NCBI GenBank assembly: GCA_963792845.1 | Contig: CAWBXW010000004.1 | Location: forward strand, 5,313 to 69,312 | Origin: an uncultured Alphaproteobacteria bacterium | GTDB lineage: Bacteria > Pseudomonadota > Alphaproteobacteria > Rhizobiales > Kaistiaceae | Direction of reading: 5' to 3' | DNA: 64,000 nucleotides | Part shown: in pieces, positions 30,215-40,342 of the stretch | How the letters are laid out: each line of letters begins with the position of its first letter | How positions within the stretch are numbered: position 1 is the first letter of the stretch | Made by a program: the position numbers and the translations under genes | Notes under the pieces: model-generated | Told to the model about the DNA's origin: nothing | The model's database searches: none | The model's input: only the letters and a program-made list of their open reading frames with translations

Positions 30215-31411
30215 TCAATGCCGCTCCACCGGGCTGCCGGCGAGCGCCGCGGCAAGGCCGAGAAGCGCCACCACCGCAGCCGCGAGCGGGACGGCGGTGA
30301 GCCCGAGCCCAAGGTCGATGACGGCGCCGCCGATGACGGCGCCGCCGGCATTGGCAAGGTTGAACGCGCCGACATTCAGCGCCGAGGCGATGTTCGGCGC
30401 CTCGCGCGCCCGCTCGAGCGCGCCGTTCTGGAGCGGCGGGACAGTCGCGAACCCGGCCATGCCCCACAGGAAGAGCACGATCAGCGCCGGAACGGGGCCG
30501 TGGGCGGCCAGGGCGAACAGCGCCGAAAGCGCTGCGAGCGCGATCAGGATGCCGATCAGCGCATTCTTGAGCCCGAAGCGATCGGCGAGCCTGCCCCCGA
30601 CATTGATGCCGATGGTCAACGCCACCCCGAGCATGAACAGGATGATGGTGACGGTTCGCGGCGCGAAGCCGGCAACTTCCTCGAGGATCGGCACGATGTA
30701 GGTGAAAAGGACGAAGACGCAGCCCCAGCCGAGGACCGTCGTCAGAAGCGCGAGCATGACCGCCGGCCGCCGGGCGACGGCAAATTCGCGGCGCACGTCG
30801 ATGGCCCCATGCGAGGCGATGCGCGGCACCAGCGTCGCCACGGCGAGAAAGGAGATCAAGCCGAGCCCGGTGATCGCCCAGAATGTCGTTCGCCAGCCAT
30901 AGAGCTGGCCGATCAGGGTGCCGAGCGGGACGCCGATGATGTTGGCGACGGTGAGCCCGGTGAACATCAGAGCGATGGCGCTGTTCCGCCGGTTGGGAGC
31001 GACGAGATCGGTCGCCACCACCGCGCCGACGCCGAACAGCGAGCCGTGGGCAAAGGCCGCGAGCACGCGTGCGACCATGAGGAGGAAATAGCCGGGCGCC
31101 AGCGCCGAGAGGAGATTGCCGCCGATGAAGATGCCGAGCATCAGGAGGAGAACGAACTTTCGCGGGAGCCGTGCGGTGGCGACGGCGAGGAGCGGCGCCC
31201 CGACGACGACGCCGAGCGCATAGGCGGTGACCAGTTGCCCCGCGGCGGGAATCGACACATCGAGGTCGCGGGAGATGTCGGGGAGAAGGCCCGCAATGAC
31301 GAACTCGGCGGTGCCGATCGCAAAGGCGGTCATGGTCAAGGCGAGGATCGGGACAGGGAGCATCCCCGTCGCCTTCGGCGCCGGCGCGTCGAGCTTCTGT
31401 TCCACCCTCAC
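30215..31411 (-). CDS. MFS transporter (DHA1/AraJ-NepI-like)
   Basis: FAIGTAEFVIAGLLP, GLTVANIIGVPLGT..G...GWR, GGRLADR. Confidence 0.9.
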   Translation of the reverse strand: MRVEQKLDAPAPKATGMLPVPILALTMTAFAIGTAEFVIAGLLPDISRDLDVSIPAAGQLVTAYALGVVVGAPLLAVATARLPRKFVLLLMLGIFIGGNLLSALAPGYFLLMVARVLAAFAHGSLFGVGAVVATDLVAPNRRNSAIALMFTGLTVANIIGVPLGTLIGQLYGWRTTFWAITGLGLISFLAVATLVPRIASHGAIDVRREFAVARRPAVMLALLTTVLGWGCVFVLFTYIVPILEEVAGFAPRTVTIILFMLGVALTIGINVGGRLADRFGLKNALIGILIALAALSALFALAAHGPVPALIVLFLWGMAGFATVPPLQNGALERAREAPNIASALNVGAFNLANAGGAVIGGAVIDLGLGLTAVPLAAAVVALLGLAAALAGSPVERH

Positions 31412-32460
31412 CTCGCCTGATTGGCCGTCGACCGCTGCCGCTGCCCGAGCCGCGCGTCCGGATTGACGATGTCGGCCTCGCCTTCGCCGGAGAGCATTGC
31501 CCAGAGATTGCGCGCGCCGTGCCAGCCGACGTTCTGGACCCCGTCAAAGGTCCACGCCGCGACATGCGGCGTCGCGAGCACGTTGGGCATCGCGAACAGC
31601 GGGTCGGCAGGATCGGGCGGCTCGCTCTCGAAGACGTCGAGGGCGGCGCCAGCGAGCTTTCCGGCGACGAGCCGCTCCTTGAGCGCGGCATAGTCCACCA
31701 GCCAGCCGCGCCCGGTGTTGACGAGGATCGCCGTCGGCTTCATCCGCGCCAGCGCGTCACGCCCGATCAGATGCCGGTTCCCGGCCGTCGGCGTGGCGTG
31801 GAGCGTGACGATGTCGGAGGCTTCGAGCAGCGTCGGCAGATCGGTCAGCGTCACGTTCGGCGGCGCGGTGTCGACATAGGGATCGTAGGCAAGGATACGC
31901 ACGCCCCACCCGGCAAGCCGCTCGGCGACGCCGCGGCCGATCCTGCCGAAGCCGACGATGCCGACAGTCGTGCCGAGGATCGGCGCGGCATGGACTGTGC
32001 CGCGCCAGCCGCCCGCCCGCATGAATTCCGGCGTCCACACCGAGAGCCGCTTGGCGAGGGCGAGCATCAGCGCGACCGCGTGCTCGCAGACCGTGGTGAC
32101 CTGCGACTCCTCCGGCGTGTTGGCGACGAGGACGCCGTGCGCGGTCGCGGCGTCGAGATCGACCGTCTCGGTGCCGATGCCGAATTTTGAGATGTAGCGG
32201 AGGTCGGGCAACGCCTCGATCAGCGCGCGCGTGAAGCGGACGCCGCTGGCGCCCATCACGCCGACCCGGCCTTCCGCCGCGGCGATGAACTCCGCCTCGG
32301 AGTAGCGCCAGAACGGCGATTCCCAGAGCGCGTAGCCGAGCGTCAGCTCGACGCCGCGCTGGCGGAGCCAGTCGAGCGATTTCCCGGTCGGCTCGAATTG
32401 CTCGAAGACAAGAACGCGCCAGGGCGGGCCCGGCCGCGCCGGTTGGCCGTGATCCCCCAT
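31408..32460 (-). CDS. D-isomer-specific 2-hydroxyacid dehydrogenase family protein
   Basis: GIVGFGRIG, VNTGRG, ALDVFESEP, TPHVA; probable start ATG 32460 after GAGGAG. Confidence 0.9.
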   Translation of the reverse strand: MGDHGQPARPGPPWRVLVFEQFEPTGKSLDWLRQRGVELTLGYALWESPFWRYSEAEFIAAAEGRVGVMGASGVRFTRALIEALPDLRYISKFGIGTETVDLDAATAHGVLVANTPEESQVTTVCEHAVALMLALAKRLSVWTPEFMRAGGWRGTVHAAPILGTTVGIVGFGRIGRGVAERLAGWGVRILAYDPYVDTAPPNVTLTDLPTLLEASDIVTLHATPTAGNRHLIGRDALARMKPTAILVNTGRGWLVDYAALKERLVAGKLAGAALDVFESEPPDPADPLFAMPNVLATPHVAAWTFDGVQNVGWHGARNLWAMLSGEGEADIVNPDARLGQRQRSTANQAR

Positions 32461-32506
32461 CAACCGCTCCTCGCCGGCCGAGAAGCGTCGGCGTCGGATG
32501 CGAGGC

Positions 32507-33769
32507 TCAGCCCTTGTACTCCATGATGTAGAGCCCGGCGCCGCTCCAGTCGGTGCAGTAGCAGAGGCCGTTCCGGTCGACGAAAACATCCGCCGAGTGG
32601 AGGACCACCGGCCGGTTGGGCCGCGGATCGATGAGCTTTTTCGGCGCCGGCGGCACGCAGGCGCCGACCTCGACCGGCCGGAACTGGTCGGTGATGTCGT
32701 AAACCCGCACCCCGGCGTTCTGCCAGGTGGCGAAGATCAGCGTCTCGCTCCTGAAACCCTCCGGCCGGTTCTCGTAGATGTTGTGCGGGCCGAAATGCCC
32801 GCCGACGGCGATGTAATCGCGGTCGGCGGGTAGCGGGAAGGTGGCGATCGAAATCGGGTTGGACTTGACCTGATTGTCGAAGACCCAGATCGGCTTGAAA
32901 CCGTCCTCCATGTTGTCGAGCACCGCCTCGTCGAGGACGATGAGGAGATTGCGGCCGGGGAGCGGCAGGCAATTGTGGGTGCCGCCGCCGAAGGGCGGCG
33001 ACCAGTTCCGGTGCACGATCAGCTTGGGGTTTGCCTTGTCCTTGACGTCGACCACCGCGAGGCAGCCGTCCCGCCAGGCGCAGTAGGCGATGTCGTCGTC
33101 GATTACGGCGTGGTGGAGGCCGTAGCGGCCGCGCTCAAGCGGCCAGTCCGCGATTTCGCCGGCCGCGACGTTCATGCCGGGCAGCCAGTATTTTCCGACA
33201 ATTTGCGGCTTGGTCGGATCCTGCATGTCGATGGTGACCAGGATGTAGTCGGAAAATCCGTCGATCATCGCCGAGGCGTAGGCCCAGCGGCCGCCGACGT
33301 ACCAGATGCGATGAAGACCGGCGCCGTCGACCGGCATGAAGCCGATCTGCCGCGGCGCCGACGGCTCCGAGATGTCGAACACCGCCATTCCCGCCGACCA
33401 GTCGCGCGGCTTGCCGGCCGTCTCGTGGCCGTGGGTGCCCGACTTCGGCTTGTAGTAGTTCCGCTCGTCGGCCATGTCGGCCTGGGCGAACATGTCGTGG
33501 CCATGGATGAGGAGGAGGAGGTCGTCGTGGACCTGGAGATGCAGGCTCCAGGTGTTGGGCGGATTGGCGATGTAGTTGACCGTCTTCGGCTCGCTCGGGT
33601 CGCGCACGTCGACGACGCTGAAGCCGCGCGAGCAGACATGGGCGATATAGGCGTAGCCGCGATGCACCATGATCTGCTGGCCGTCGCCGCGGCCGTTCTG
33701 GTCGGTGTGGCCGATCAGGCGCATGTTGTGCGCATAGGTCGGGGTGAGGAGATCGGTCGTGGACGTCAT
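32507..33769 (-). CDS. LVIVD-repeat beta-propeller protein (paralogue B)
   Basis: Repeated (V/I)D(V/I).DP..P blade motifs (VVDVRDP, VFDISEP, TIDMQDP, VVDVKDK, VYDITDQ); no signal peptide. Confidence 0.85.
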   Translation of the reverse strand: MTSTTDLLTPTYAHNMRLIGHTDQNGRGDGQQIMVHRGYAYIAHVCSRGFSVVDVRDPSEPKTVNYIANPPNTWSLHLQVHDDLLLLIHGHDMFAQADMADERNYYKPKSGTHGHETAGKPRDWSAGMAVFDISEPSAPRQIGFMPVDGAGLHRIWYVGGRWAYASAMIDGFSDYILVTIDMQDPTKPQIVGKYWLPGMNVAAGEIADWPLERGRYGLHHAVIDDDIAYCAWRDGCLAVVDVKDKANPKLIVHRNWSPPFGGGTHNCLPLPGRNLLIVLDEAVLDNMEDGFKPIWVFDNQVKSNPISIATFPLPADRDYIAVGGHFGPHNIYENRPEGFRSETLIFATWQNAGVRVYDITDQFRPVEVGACVPPAPKKLIDPRPNRPVVLHSADVFVDRNGLCYCTDWSGAGLYIMEYKG

Positions 33770-33792
33770 TGCTGCGCTGCCCATGGCTGAAG

Positions 33793-33928
33793 CCGCTCAT
33801 CCCCGCGCAAGCGGGGATTCAGGCGGTGAAGGCCCATCCGGAATGATTCGAGCGGAGATAAACAAACCCCGCTTGCCAGGGATGCGTTCTGCGAAAAGCT
33901 GGGTCCCCGCGTGCGCGGGGACGAGCGG
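33793..33928. repeat. Inverted pair of REP palindromes
   Basis: CCGCTCATCCCCGCGCAAGCGGGGATTCAG (33793-33822) and CTGGGTCCCCGCGTGCGCGGGGACGAGCGG (33899-33928), mutually inverted, each a hairpin. Confidence 0.75.
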
Positions 33929-33967
33929 GTGAGACACTGCCGGCCGCGAAACACGGACACCGAGCCA

Positions 33968-35224
33968 TCACCCCTCGTATTCGACGATGTAGAGGCCGGC
34001 GCTGAAGTCGGTGACGTAGCAGAGGGCGTTCTTGTCGACGAAGACGTCGGCCGAATGGAGGACGATGGGGCGGTTCGGCCGCGGGTCGACCCATTTTCTC
34101 GGCGGCGGCGGAACGAAAGCCGCAACCTCCTTCGGCCGGAACTGGTCTCTGATGTCGTAGACGCGCAAGCCGGCATTCTGATAGGTCGCGAAGATCGTCT
34201 CCGAGCTCTGGAAGCTGCCCGGCCGGTTCTCATGCACATTGTGCGGGCCGAAATGACCGCCGACCTTGAGGTAGTCCTTGTCCGACGGCGGCGGGAAGGT
34301 GGAGATGCTGATCGGGTTCGACTTGACCTGATTGTCGAACACCCAGATCGGCTTGAAGCCGTCCTCCTGGTTGTCGAGCACCGTCTCGTCGACGACGATC
34401 AGGAGGTTGCGATCGGCGAGCGGCAGGGCGTTGTGCGTGCCGCCGCCGAAGGGCGGCGCCCACACCTTGTGGACGATCAGCTTCGGATTGGCCTTGTCCT
34501 TGACGTCGACCACCGCGAGGCAGGCGTCGCGCCATGAGCAATAGGCGATGTCGTCCTGGACGATGGCGTGGTGGAGGCCGAAGCGCCCGTTCTTGGTCGG
34601 CCAGTTCGCCTTCTCGCCGGCAGCGACGTTCATCCCGGGCAGCCAGTACTTTCCCGCCATCACCGGCTTCTTCGGGTCCTGCATGTCGATGACGATCAGG
34701 ATGTAGTCGGAGAAGCCGTCGAGGAGCGCGGAGGCATAGGCCCAGCGGCCACCGACATACCAGAGGCGGTGGAGCCCGGTGCCGTCGACCGGCATGAAGC
34801 CGATCTGCTTCGGATCGTCCGGCTTGGAGATATCATAGACCGTCAATCCCGCGGTCCAGTTGCGGCCGGAGGATTCCTCCTTGGCGTGATGGTCGACCGA
34901 GCCCTTGTAGTAGTTCTTCTCGTCGGCGAGCTCGGGCTGCGCGAACATGTCCTTGTTGTTGATGACCAGGAGGAGGTCGTCGAACGCCTGGAGGTGGAGC
35001 GTCCAGGTGTTGGGCGGCGCGGCGACATACTTCACCACCTTCGGCGCCTTCGGGTCGCGCACGTCGACGACGGTGAAGCCTTTCGAGAATATGTGGCCGA
35101 TATAGGCGTAGCCCCGGTGGACCATGATCTGGACACCGTCGCAGCGGCCATCCTGGTCGCTGTAGCCGACGAGCTTCATGTTGCTGGTGGCGTAGTCGGG
35201 CTGCGGCAGGTCGCTCGTGGCCAT
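33968..35224 (-). CDS. LVIVD-repeat beta-propeller protein (paralogue A)
   Basis: Same blade motifs, including LLIVVD; colinear with 32507-33769. Confidence 0.85.
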   Translation of the reverse strand: MATSDLPQPDYATSNMKLVGYSDQDGRCDGVQIMVHRGYAYIGHIFSKGFTVVDVRDPKAPKVVKYVAAPPNTWTLHLQAFDDLLLVINNKDMFAQPELADEKNYYKGSVDHHAKEESSGRNWTAGLTVYDISKPDDPKQIGFMPVDGTGLHRLWYVGGRWAYASALLDGFSDYILIVIDMQDPKKPVMAGKYWLPGMNVAAGEKANWPTKNGRFGLHHAIVQDDIAYCSWRDACLAVVDVKDKANPKLIVHKVWAPPFGGGTHNALPLADRNLLIVVDETVLDNQEDGFKPIWVFDNQVKSNPISISTFPPPSDKDYLKVGGHFGPHNVHENRPGSFQSSETIFATYQNAGLRVYDIRDQFRPKEVAAFVPPPPRKWVDPRPNRPIVLHSADVFVDKNALCYVTDFSAGLYIVEYEG

Positions 35225-35252
35225 GGCGGGGGTCTCCGGTTCGGTTTGACGC

Positions 35253-35313
35253 GCGAATAGCGAAATAGCGAATAGCGAGTAGTGCTATTCGCTATTCGCT
35301 ACTCTCTATTCGC
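35253..35313. repeat. Heptamer tandem repeat with inverted copy (GCGAATA x4 / TATTCGC x4)
   Basis: GCGAATA GCGAAATA GCGAATA GCGAGTA gtgc TATTCGC TATTCGC TACTCTC TATTCGC, immediately after the SBP stop codon. Confidence 0.85.
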
Positions 35314-35320
35314 TCAGTGA

Positions 35321-36454
35321 TTACTGAATGCCCCAGATCTTCTTGTACTCGTCCTGGTAGCCGTTGCCCGGGTCGTAGATGTTGTTGGCGCCGCCGTCCT
35401 TGTCGATGTTCTCATTGATGAAGAGATGGACATGGGCGACGTAGCCGCTCGGGTCCTCGCCGGCAAAGGCGCGGTTCAGTTCGTCGATGGTCTGCCAGCC
35501 GTGGAGATGGAGCGGCTCGGCGACGGTGGCGAGCTGGTACTGCTTGTCGCGGATGCGCTGGAAGGCGGGCACCGAGCCGTCGCCGGCGGCGATCTGGCGC
35601 GGATAGCCGGTCGCCGGGTCGACGCCCGCCGACTGGAGCGAGGGCACGGCAAAGTCGAAGTAGAGGTCGTTCACCCCGATCGAGTACGTCCAGTCCTTGC
35701 CGTATTTGAGCAGGAGCGCGGTGGTGAGCGGCGCCATGCGGGTGGAAAGCTCGCCGATCGGCGTGTCGACGATCTCGAGCACCTTGCAGCCCGTGCAGCC
35801 CTCGATCGCCGCCTTCTCGGCGTTGGTCTTGGCGGTGGCGATCGCATAGATCGAGTCGGTGAAGAGAATGACGTTGGCGGTGCCGCCGGAATCGACCACC
35901 GCGTAGAGGCCGGAGGCCTTGGCGACCTCGAGCGGGTCGGTGGTGATGTTGGTGAACACCCCCGGCACGCCGTCGATCTTGCCGGGCGCCGCGCCGGAAT
36001 GCCAGCCGACCACCTTGATGCCGGCGTCAACCGCCTGCTGGATGATCGGCGCCTGCTCGGCGGCGTCGATGGTGCCGAGAATGATGCCGTCCGGCTTGAG
36101 CGCAATCGCTTGGGTAAGCGCCGAGGTGCGGCCCGGAACCGAACCCTGCCCGTCGATGACGCGGAAGTCCCAGCCGAGCGCCTTGGCGGCTTCCGCCGCG
36201 CCGTCGCCGACGCCGCTGGCGCCGCCGTTCCGCTGGTCGGCGGAGGCATAGACGATCAGCTTCTTGCCCTGGGCCTTGGGGCCGGTGGTCGGGCCGTCCC
36301 ACGCCGTCACCGGCGCGGTGGCCTGGGCAATGTAATCCTTGGCCATCTTCATGAAGTCGTCGTCGGCGGCCATCGCGCTGGCGATGCCGAGGCCGACCAC
36401 GGCGACGGAGGCAAGAAGCCCCCCGCTCAAAAGACGAAATTTCGACATGCTCAT
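35321..36454 (-). CDS. Sugar ABC transporter substrate-binding protein (CUT2/RbsB-like)
   Basis: Signal peptide (AMA), EAAKALGW...IDGQG, KPDGII, VND; RBS GAGG. Confidence 0.88.
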   Translation of the reverse strand: MSMSKFRLLSGGLLASVAVVGLGIASAMAADDDFMKMAKDYIAQATAPVTAWDGPTTGPKAQGKKLIVYASADQRNGGASGVGDGAAEAAKALGWDFRVIDGQGSVPGRTSALTQAIALKPDGIILGTIDAAEQAPIIQQAVDAGIKVVGWHSGAAPGKIDGVPGVFTNITTDPLEVAKASGLYAVVDSGGTANVILFTDSIYAIATAKTNAEKAAIEGCTGCKVLEIVDTPIGELSTRMAPLTTALLLKYGKDWTYSIGVNDLYFDFAVPSLQSAGVDPATGYPRQIAAGDGSVPAFQRIRDKQYQLATVAEPLHLHGWQTIDELNRAFAGEDPSGYVAHVHLFINENIDKDGGANNIYDPGNGYQDEYKKIWGIQ

Positions 36455-36598
36455 TTCCTCCCTGTGACAAGAACCACGCGGACAAACGGCCGACCGCGCA
36501 CACCAGGCCGGTTCGACCGGCACTTCCGAGGGCGGCCCGCCGCGGCCGCCGATACCCATGAACGCGACGGGGCTCCTATCCCCGATTCGATCCTCTCT

Positions 36599-37646
36599 TC
36601 ACCCGGCATCCAGCGGACCGCGAGTCGGACGCACCACGCCGCGGCGGCGCTGCGCAAACGCGGCAAGCGCGATCGAGACGACGAGGGTGGTGCCGTTGAA
36701 CAGCGGCTCGATGAAGAAGGCGCCACCGAACTGCTGGATACCGGAAATGCCGACGGCAAGGATGAGGACGCCGAAGATGGTGCCCCAGACATTGACCCGG
36801 CCGGGCTTGATCGTGGTCGAGCCGAGGAAGGCGCCGACCAGCGCCGGCAGCAGGTAGTCGAGGCCGACATTGGCCTGGCCGATGCGGAGCTTCGCCGCGA
36901 GGATACAGCCGGCAAAGCCGACGATCAGGCCGGAGGCGACGAAGACGCCGATGATGTAGGCGCGCACCGGGATGCCGTTGAGCGCGGCCGCCTTCTCGTT
37001 GGCGCCGATCGCATAGATGTGGCGGCCAAGCGGCAGACGTTCGCTGACGATCCACAGCACGATCGCGATCACGATGACGTAGAGCGCCGGTATCGGGATG
37101 CCGAGGAACGACAGGGTGTTGATGGCGATGAAACCGTTGGGCAGCGTGCCGATGATCTGGCGGCCGTCGGTCAGCCACAGGGCAGCCGCGTAGAGCATGG
37201 TGCCGGTGCCGAGCGTGGCGATGAACGAATCGATCTGCGCCACCTCGACGAGAATGCCGTTGATGAAGCCGACCAGCGCGCCGCAGAGAAGCACGATGAC
37301 GATCGCGAACGGCCAGGGAATGCCGGTCTTGACCAGGAGCCACATCGCCAGGATGTGCCACATGACGATGCCGAAGCCGACGGTGAGATCGATGCGGCCG
37401 GCCATCATCGGCAGCGTCGCAGCCAGCGAGAGCAGCGCGATGATCGCCTTGTCGGAGAGGATCGACCGGAAATTGAGGTAGGTCGGAAACGTGGTCGGCA
37501 GCATAATCGAGAAGAGGATGATGAGCAGGACGCGTGAGGATCGGCAGGCCATAGATCGGCAGGATGCGAATGATCTGCTGCCAGCGCGAAAGCGAGGCAA
37601 GCTCGGCGCGCGTCGGCTCGAGGGCGTTGGACTTAATGGACTGCAT
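36599..37646 (-). CDS. Sugar ABC transporter permease (RbsC-like), one apparent indel near 37535
   Basis: GRIDLTVG, SFIATLG, GRHIYAIGAN.KAA.LNGI, AFLGST; N-terminus MQSIKSNALEP lies in another frame. Confidence 0.88.
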
Positions 37647-39249
37647 TGGCGTTTGCCGAGCCGGCGATGAAGGCGGAGGCTGCCGCCTCGGCGGAGTGGC
37701 CGATGCTCGCGGACGCCGCCGCCAACAGATTTTCGACCGAAAGGTCGGCGGCTCCGAGTTCGGCGACCTCGCGTCCGCGGTCGAAGACGATCGCCCGGTG
37801 GCAGACCTTGGCGACCTCCTCGAAATCGTTCGAGACGATGATGATGGCGGCGCCCGCCTGGAGGGCGACATCGAAGAGGCGGTAGATTTCCGCCTTGGCG
37901 CCGACGTCGACACCGGCGGTCGGATCCTCGAAGACATAGACCTTGCCGGCGAGATGCAGCCAGCGCCCGACCACGACCTTCTGCTGGTTGCCGCCGGAAA
38001 GGAGCTCGATCGGCAGCGTCGGGTCGTTCGGCCTCAGCCCGACCTCCTGGCCGAGTTCGACGGCCGCCCGCGCCTCGCGGCCCGGACGAAGGATCGAGAA
38101 GAGGCCGAGCCCGGCGGCAACCGGGTTGAGGAACAGGTTCTCGCGCACGCAGAGATTCGCCATGATCGACTCGGCCGCGCGATCCGCGCAGACCAGATCG
38201 ATGCCTTTCGCCATCGCCTGGCGGGGCGAGGTCGCCGCCAGCGGTTCACCGTCGAGGAGGATGCCGCCGCCGGTGACCGGGGCGAGGCCGAACAGGGCGC
38301 GGCCGACGCTTTCCTGCCCGGCGCCGCGCAGGCCGACCAGGCCGACGACTTCGCCGGCGTGGATCTCGCAGTCGACCGGGCCGACGGTGTCGATCATCGT
38401 CGCGCGGAAGATGATCCGCGGCTGGCCCTCACGCCGCTTGGCCCGGCGGAAGACCTGCGAGGGCTCCCGCCCGACGATGAGAAGGATGGTCTCCTCCGGC
38501 GTGGTTTCGTCGACCCGCCGTTCGCCCGCCACGCGCCCATCGCGGAGCACGACCATGCGATCGGCGATTTCGAAGACCTCATCCAGCCGGTGCGAAACAT
38601 AGATCATGCCGACGCCGCGCGCCCGCAGCACGCGAAGCGCCGCGAAGAGCCGCGCCACCTCGTCGGCCGGCAGGCTCGCGGTCGGCTCGTCGAGCACCAG
38701 CACCTCCGCCTCGGCGGCGAGGGCGCGGGCGATGGCGACCAGCGATTTCTCGGTCCGGGTGAGGCTCTGGATCCTGAGGTCGGGATCGATGTCGGCGCCG
38801 AGCGCCTTGAGGGCCTCGGCCGCGCGCCGTCGCGCCGCGCGCCAGTCGACCATGCCGGCGCGCCGCGGATAGCCGAGGGTAAGGCAGATGTTCTCGGCGA
38901 CCGTCATCCAGTCGATCAGGCCGAAGTCCTGGTGGATGAAGGCCATGGGCAGACGCCTCAACGAGGCGGTCACGTCGCGGCCGCGATAGGTCACGGTCCC
39001 TTCGTCGAGCGTATAGACGCCGGCGAGGATCTTGATCAGAGTCGACTTGCCGGCGCCGTTCTCGCCGAGAAGCGCGAGGATCTCGCTGCCGCGGAGCCTG
39101 AGCGACACTTGGCTCAGCGCCTGGGTGCCGCCGAACTGTTTCGATATGCCGGCGACCGCGAGAAGGTCCTCGCCCTCCGCGACAACCGACGCCACCTCGG
39201 CAGCGCGCGAAGCGCCGCCCTCTGCCACGGTCTGCCTTTCGGCATCCAT
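37633..39249 (-). CDS. Sugar ABC transporter ATP-binding protein (RbsA-like, two NBDs)
   Basis: GENGAGKST, LDEPT, YVSHRLDE, LSGGNQQKV, EDPTAGVDVGAK. Confidence 0.93.
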   Translation of the reverse strand: MDAERQTVAEGGASRAAEVASVVAEGEDLLAVAGISKQFGGTQALSQVSLRLRGSEILALLGENGAGKSTLIKILAGVYTLDEGTVTYRGRDVTASLRRLPMAFIHQDFGLIDWMTVAENICLTLGYPRRAGMVDWRAARRRAAEALKALGADIDPDLRIQSLTRTEKSLVAIARALAAEAEVLVLDEPTASLPADEVARLFAALRVLRARGVGMIYVSHRLDEVFEIADRMVVLRDGRVAGERRVDETTPEETILLIVGREPSQVFRRAKRREGQPRIIFRATMIDTVGPVDCEIHAGEVVGLVGLRGAGQESVGRALFGLAPVTGGGILLDGEPLAATSPRQAMAKGIDLVCADRAAESIMANLCVRENLFLNPVAAGLGLFSILRPGREARAAVELGQEVGLRPNDPTLPIELLSGGNQQKVVVGRWLHLAGKVYVFEDPTAGVDVGAKAEIYRLFDVALQAGAAIIIVSNDFEEVAKVCHRAIVFDRGREVAELGAADLSVENLLAAASASIGHSAEAAASAFIAGSANANAVH

Positions 39250-39507
39250 GGACCTGTCTCCTCCCCTGGTCGCCTCTGTACAGTTCCCCTGCCTGCGCCG
39301 GTGGGACGCCCGCCATCTCGCAGCGGCGCAAATATTATCCCGCCGGGACGGCTCGCAAAGGGTGGCTGCTCGCGCGATCGACTGGATTAACGGTAGAGAG
39401 TTCAGTAAGGTTGTCAATCTGATTTTGGTGCGGTGGACGCGAAGCATCGCCACGGTTCCATGGCTTTGCCGCGCGACACGAAGCATGCATGAGGTCATAG
39501 ACAGATT

Positions 39508-40331
39508 GTGCCGGCAAAAGCTGTAAGACAAGTTGGCCAAAGCGACCCGCCGCCGAGCGAGGGGATCAACTGGGGCGCCTTGATTCCGCCGGCCCGGCTG
39601 GGCGATCAGCTGTCGCAGCGGATGGCCGCGCTGATCGAGCGGGGCGAGCTCAGCGAAGGCGGACGCCTGCCCGCCGAGAGCGAGCTCGCCGACCGGTTCG
39701 GGGTCTCGCGTCCGGTGATCCGCGAGGCGCTTTCGCAGCTCCGCATGATGGGCGTGATCGTCTCGCGCAAAGGGTCGGGCAGCTACGTCCAGAAGGGAAA
39801 CGTTCGGCGCACACACACGTCTGCGCCGGTCGGCTTCGGTCCGGTCAACAGCCTTGCCCAGGTGCGGCAAGTGCTACGACTTCCGGGTCGGTGTCGAAGG
39901 CGATGCCGCGTGTTACGCGGCACAGAACCGCACGCCGGAGATGCTCGAGGTCATGCGCGGCGCGCTCGACCAGATGCAGGCGGCGATTACCCAGGGGACC
40001 GTCGGGATGATGCCCGACCTCGAGTTCCACTTCGCGGTCGCCCGCGCCTCCGGCAACGAGTTCTATCGAGAAGGTGATGGAATCGATGCGGATGCCGATC
40101 GAGTTTGCGATCAACCTCGCGCGAAGCCTCGCCATGACCCATCCGCTCGACCACCTGCTCACGGTGCAGGCCGAGCACGTGGCGATGTTCGAGGCGATCG
40201 AAGCGCAAGACAAGGAGGCGGCCCGCCGCGCCATGCGGACCCACATCCGCAACGCCTGCTCGCGGGTGTTCGAAGGGCCGGCAAGCGGCATCGAGCGCTT
40301 GCGCAGCATGGCCGGCGAGGAGCTGTCATAA
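39508..40331 (+). CDS. FadR/GntR family transcriptional regulator, apparent indels near 39870 and 40070
   Basis: GRLPAESELADRFGVSRPVIREAL....G..GSGSYV HTH; FCD motifs DLEFH..VA.ASGN, EH...FEAI...D...AR.AM..HI. Confidence 0.88.
39518..39534. promoter_or_regulatory. Possible FadR/GntR operator
   Basis: Imperfect palindrome AAGCTGTAAGACAAGTT resembling the TTGT-N3-ACAA type FadR-subfamily box; related GTCATAGACAG nearby at 39494. Confidence 0.35.
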
Positions 40332-40342
40332 GGGCATCCTCG

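Noticed and set aside
32507-35224. LVIVD gene pair as an assembly duplication
   Set aside because: The copies differ throughout in both nucleotide and protein sequence, so they are genuine paralogues.
39250-39870. Long N-terminal extensions in the ORF track (ABC ATPase to 39870, ThDP enzyme from 39854, tautomerase to 42826, XRE to 61561)
   Set aside because: They overlap neighbouring genes or promoters; family-typical N-termini, mostly with an RBS, lie downstream.
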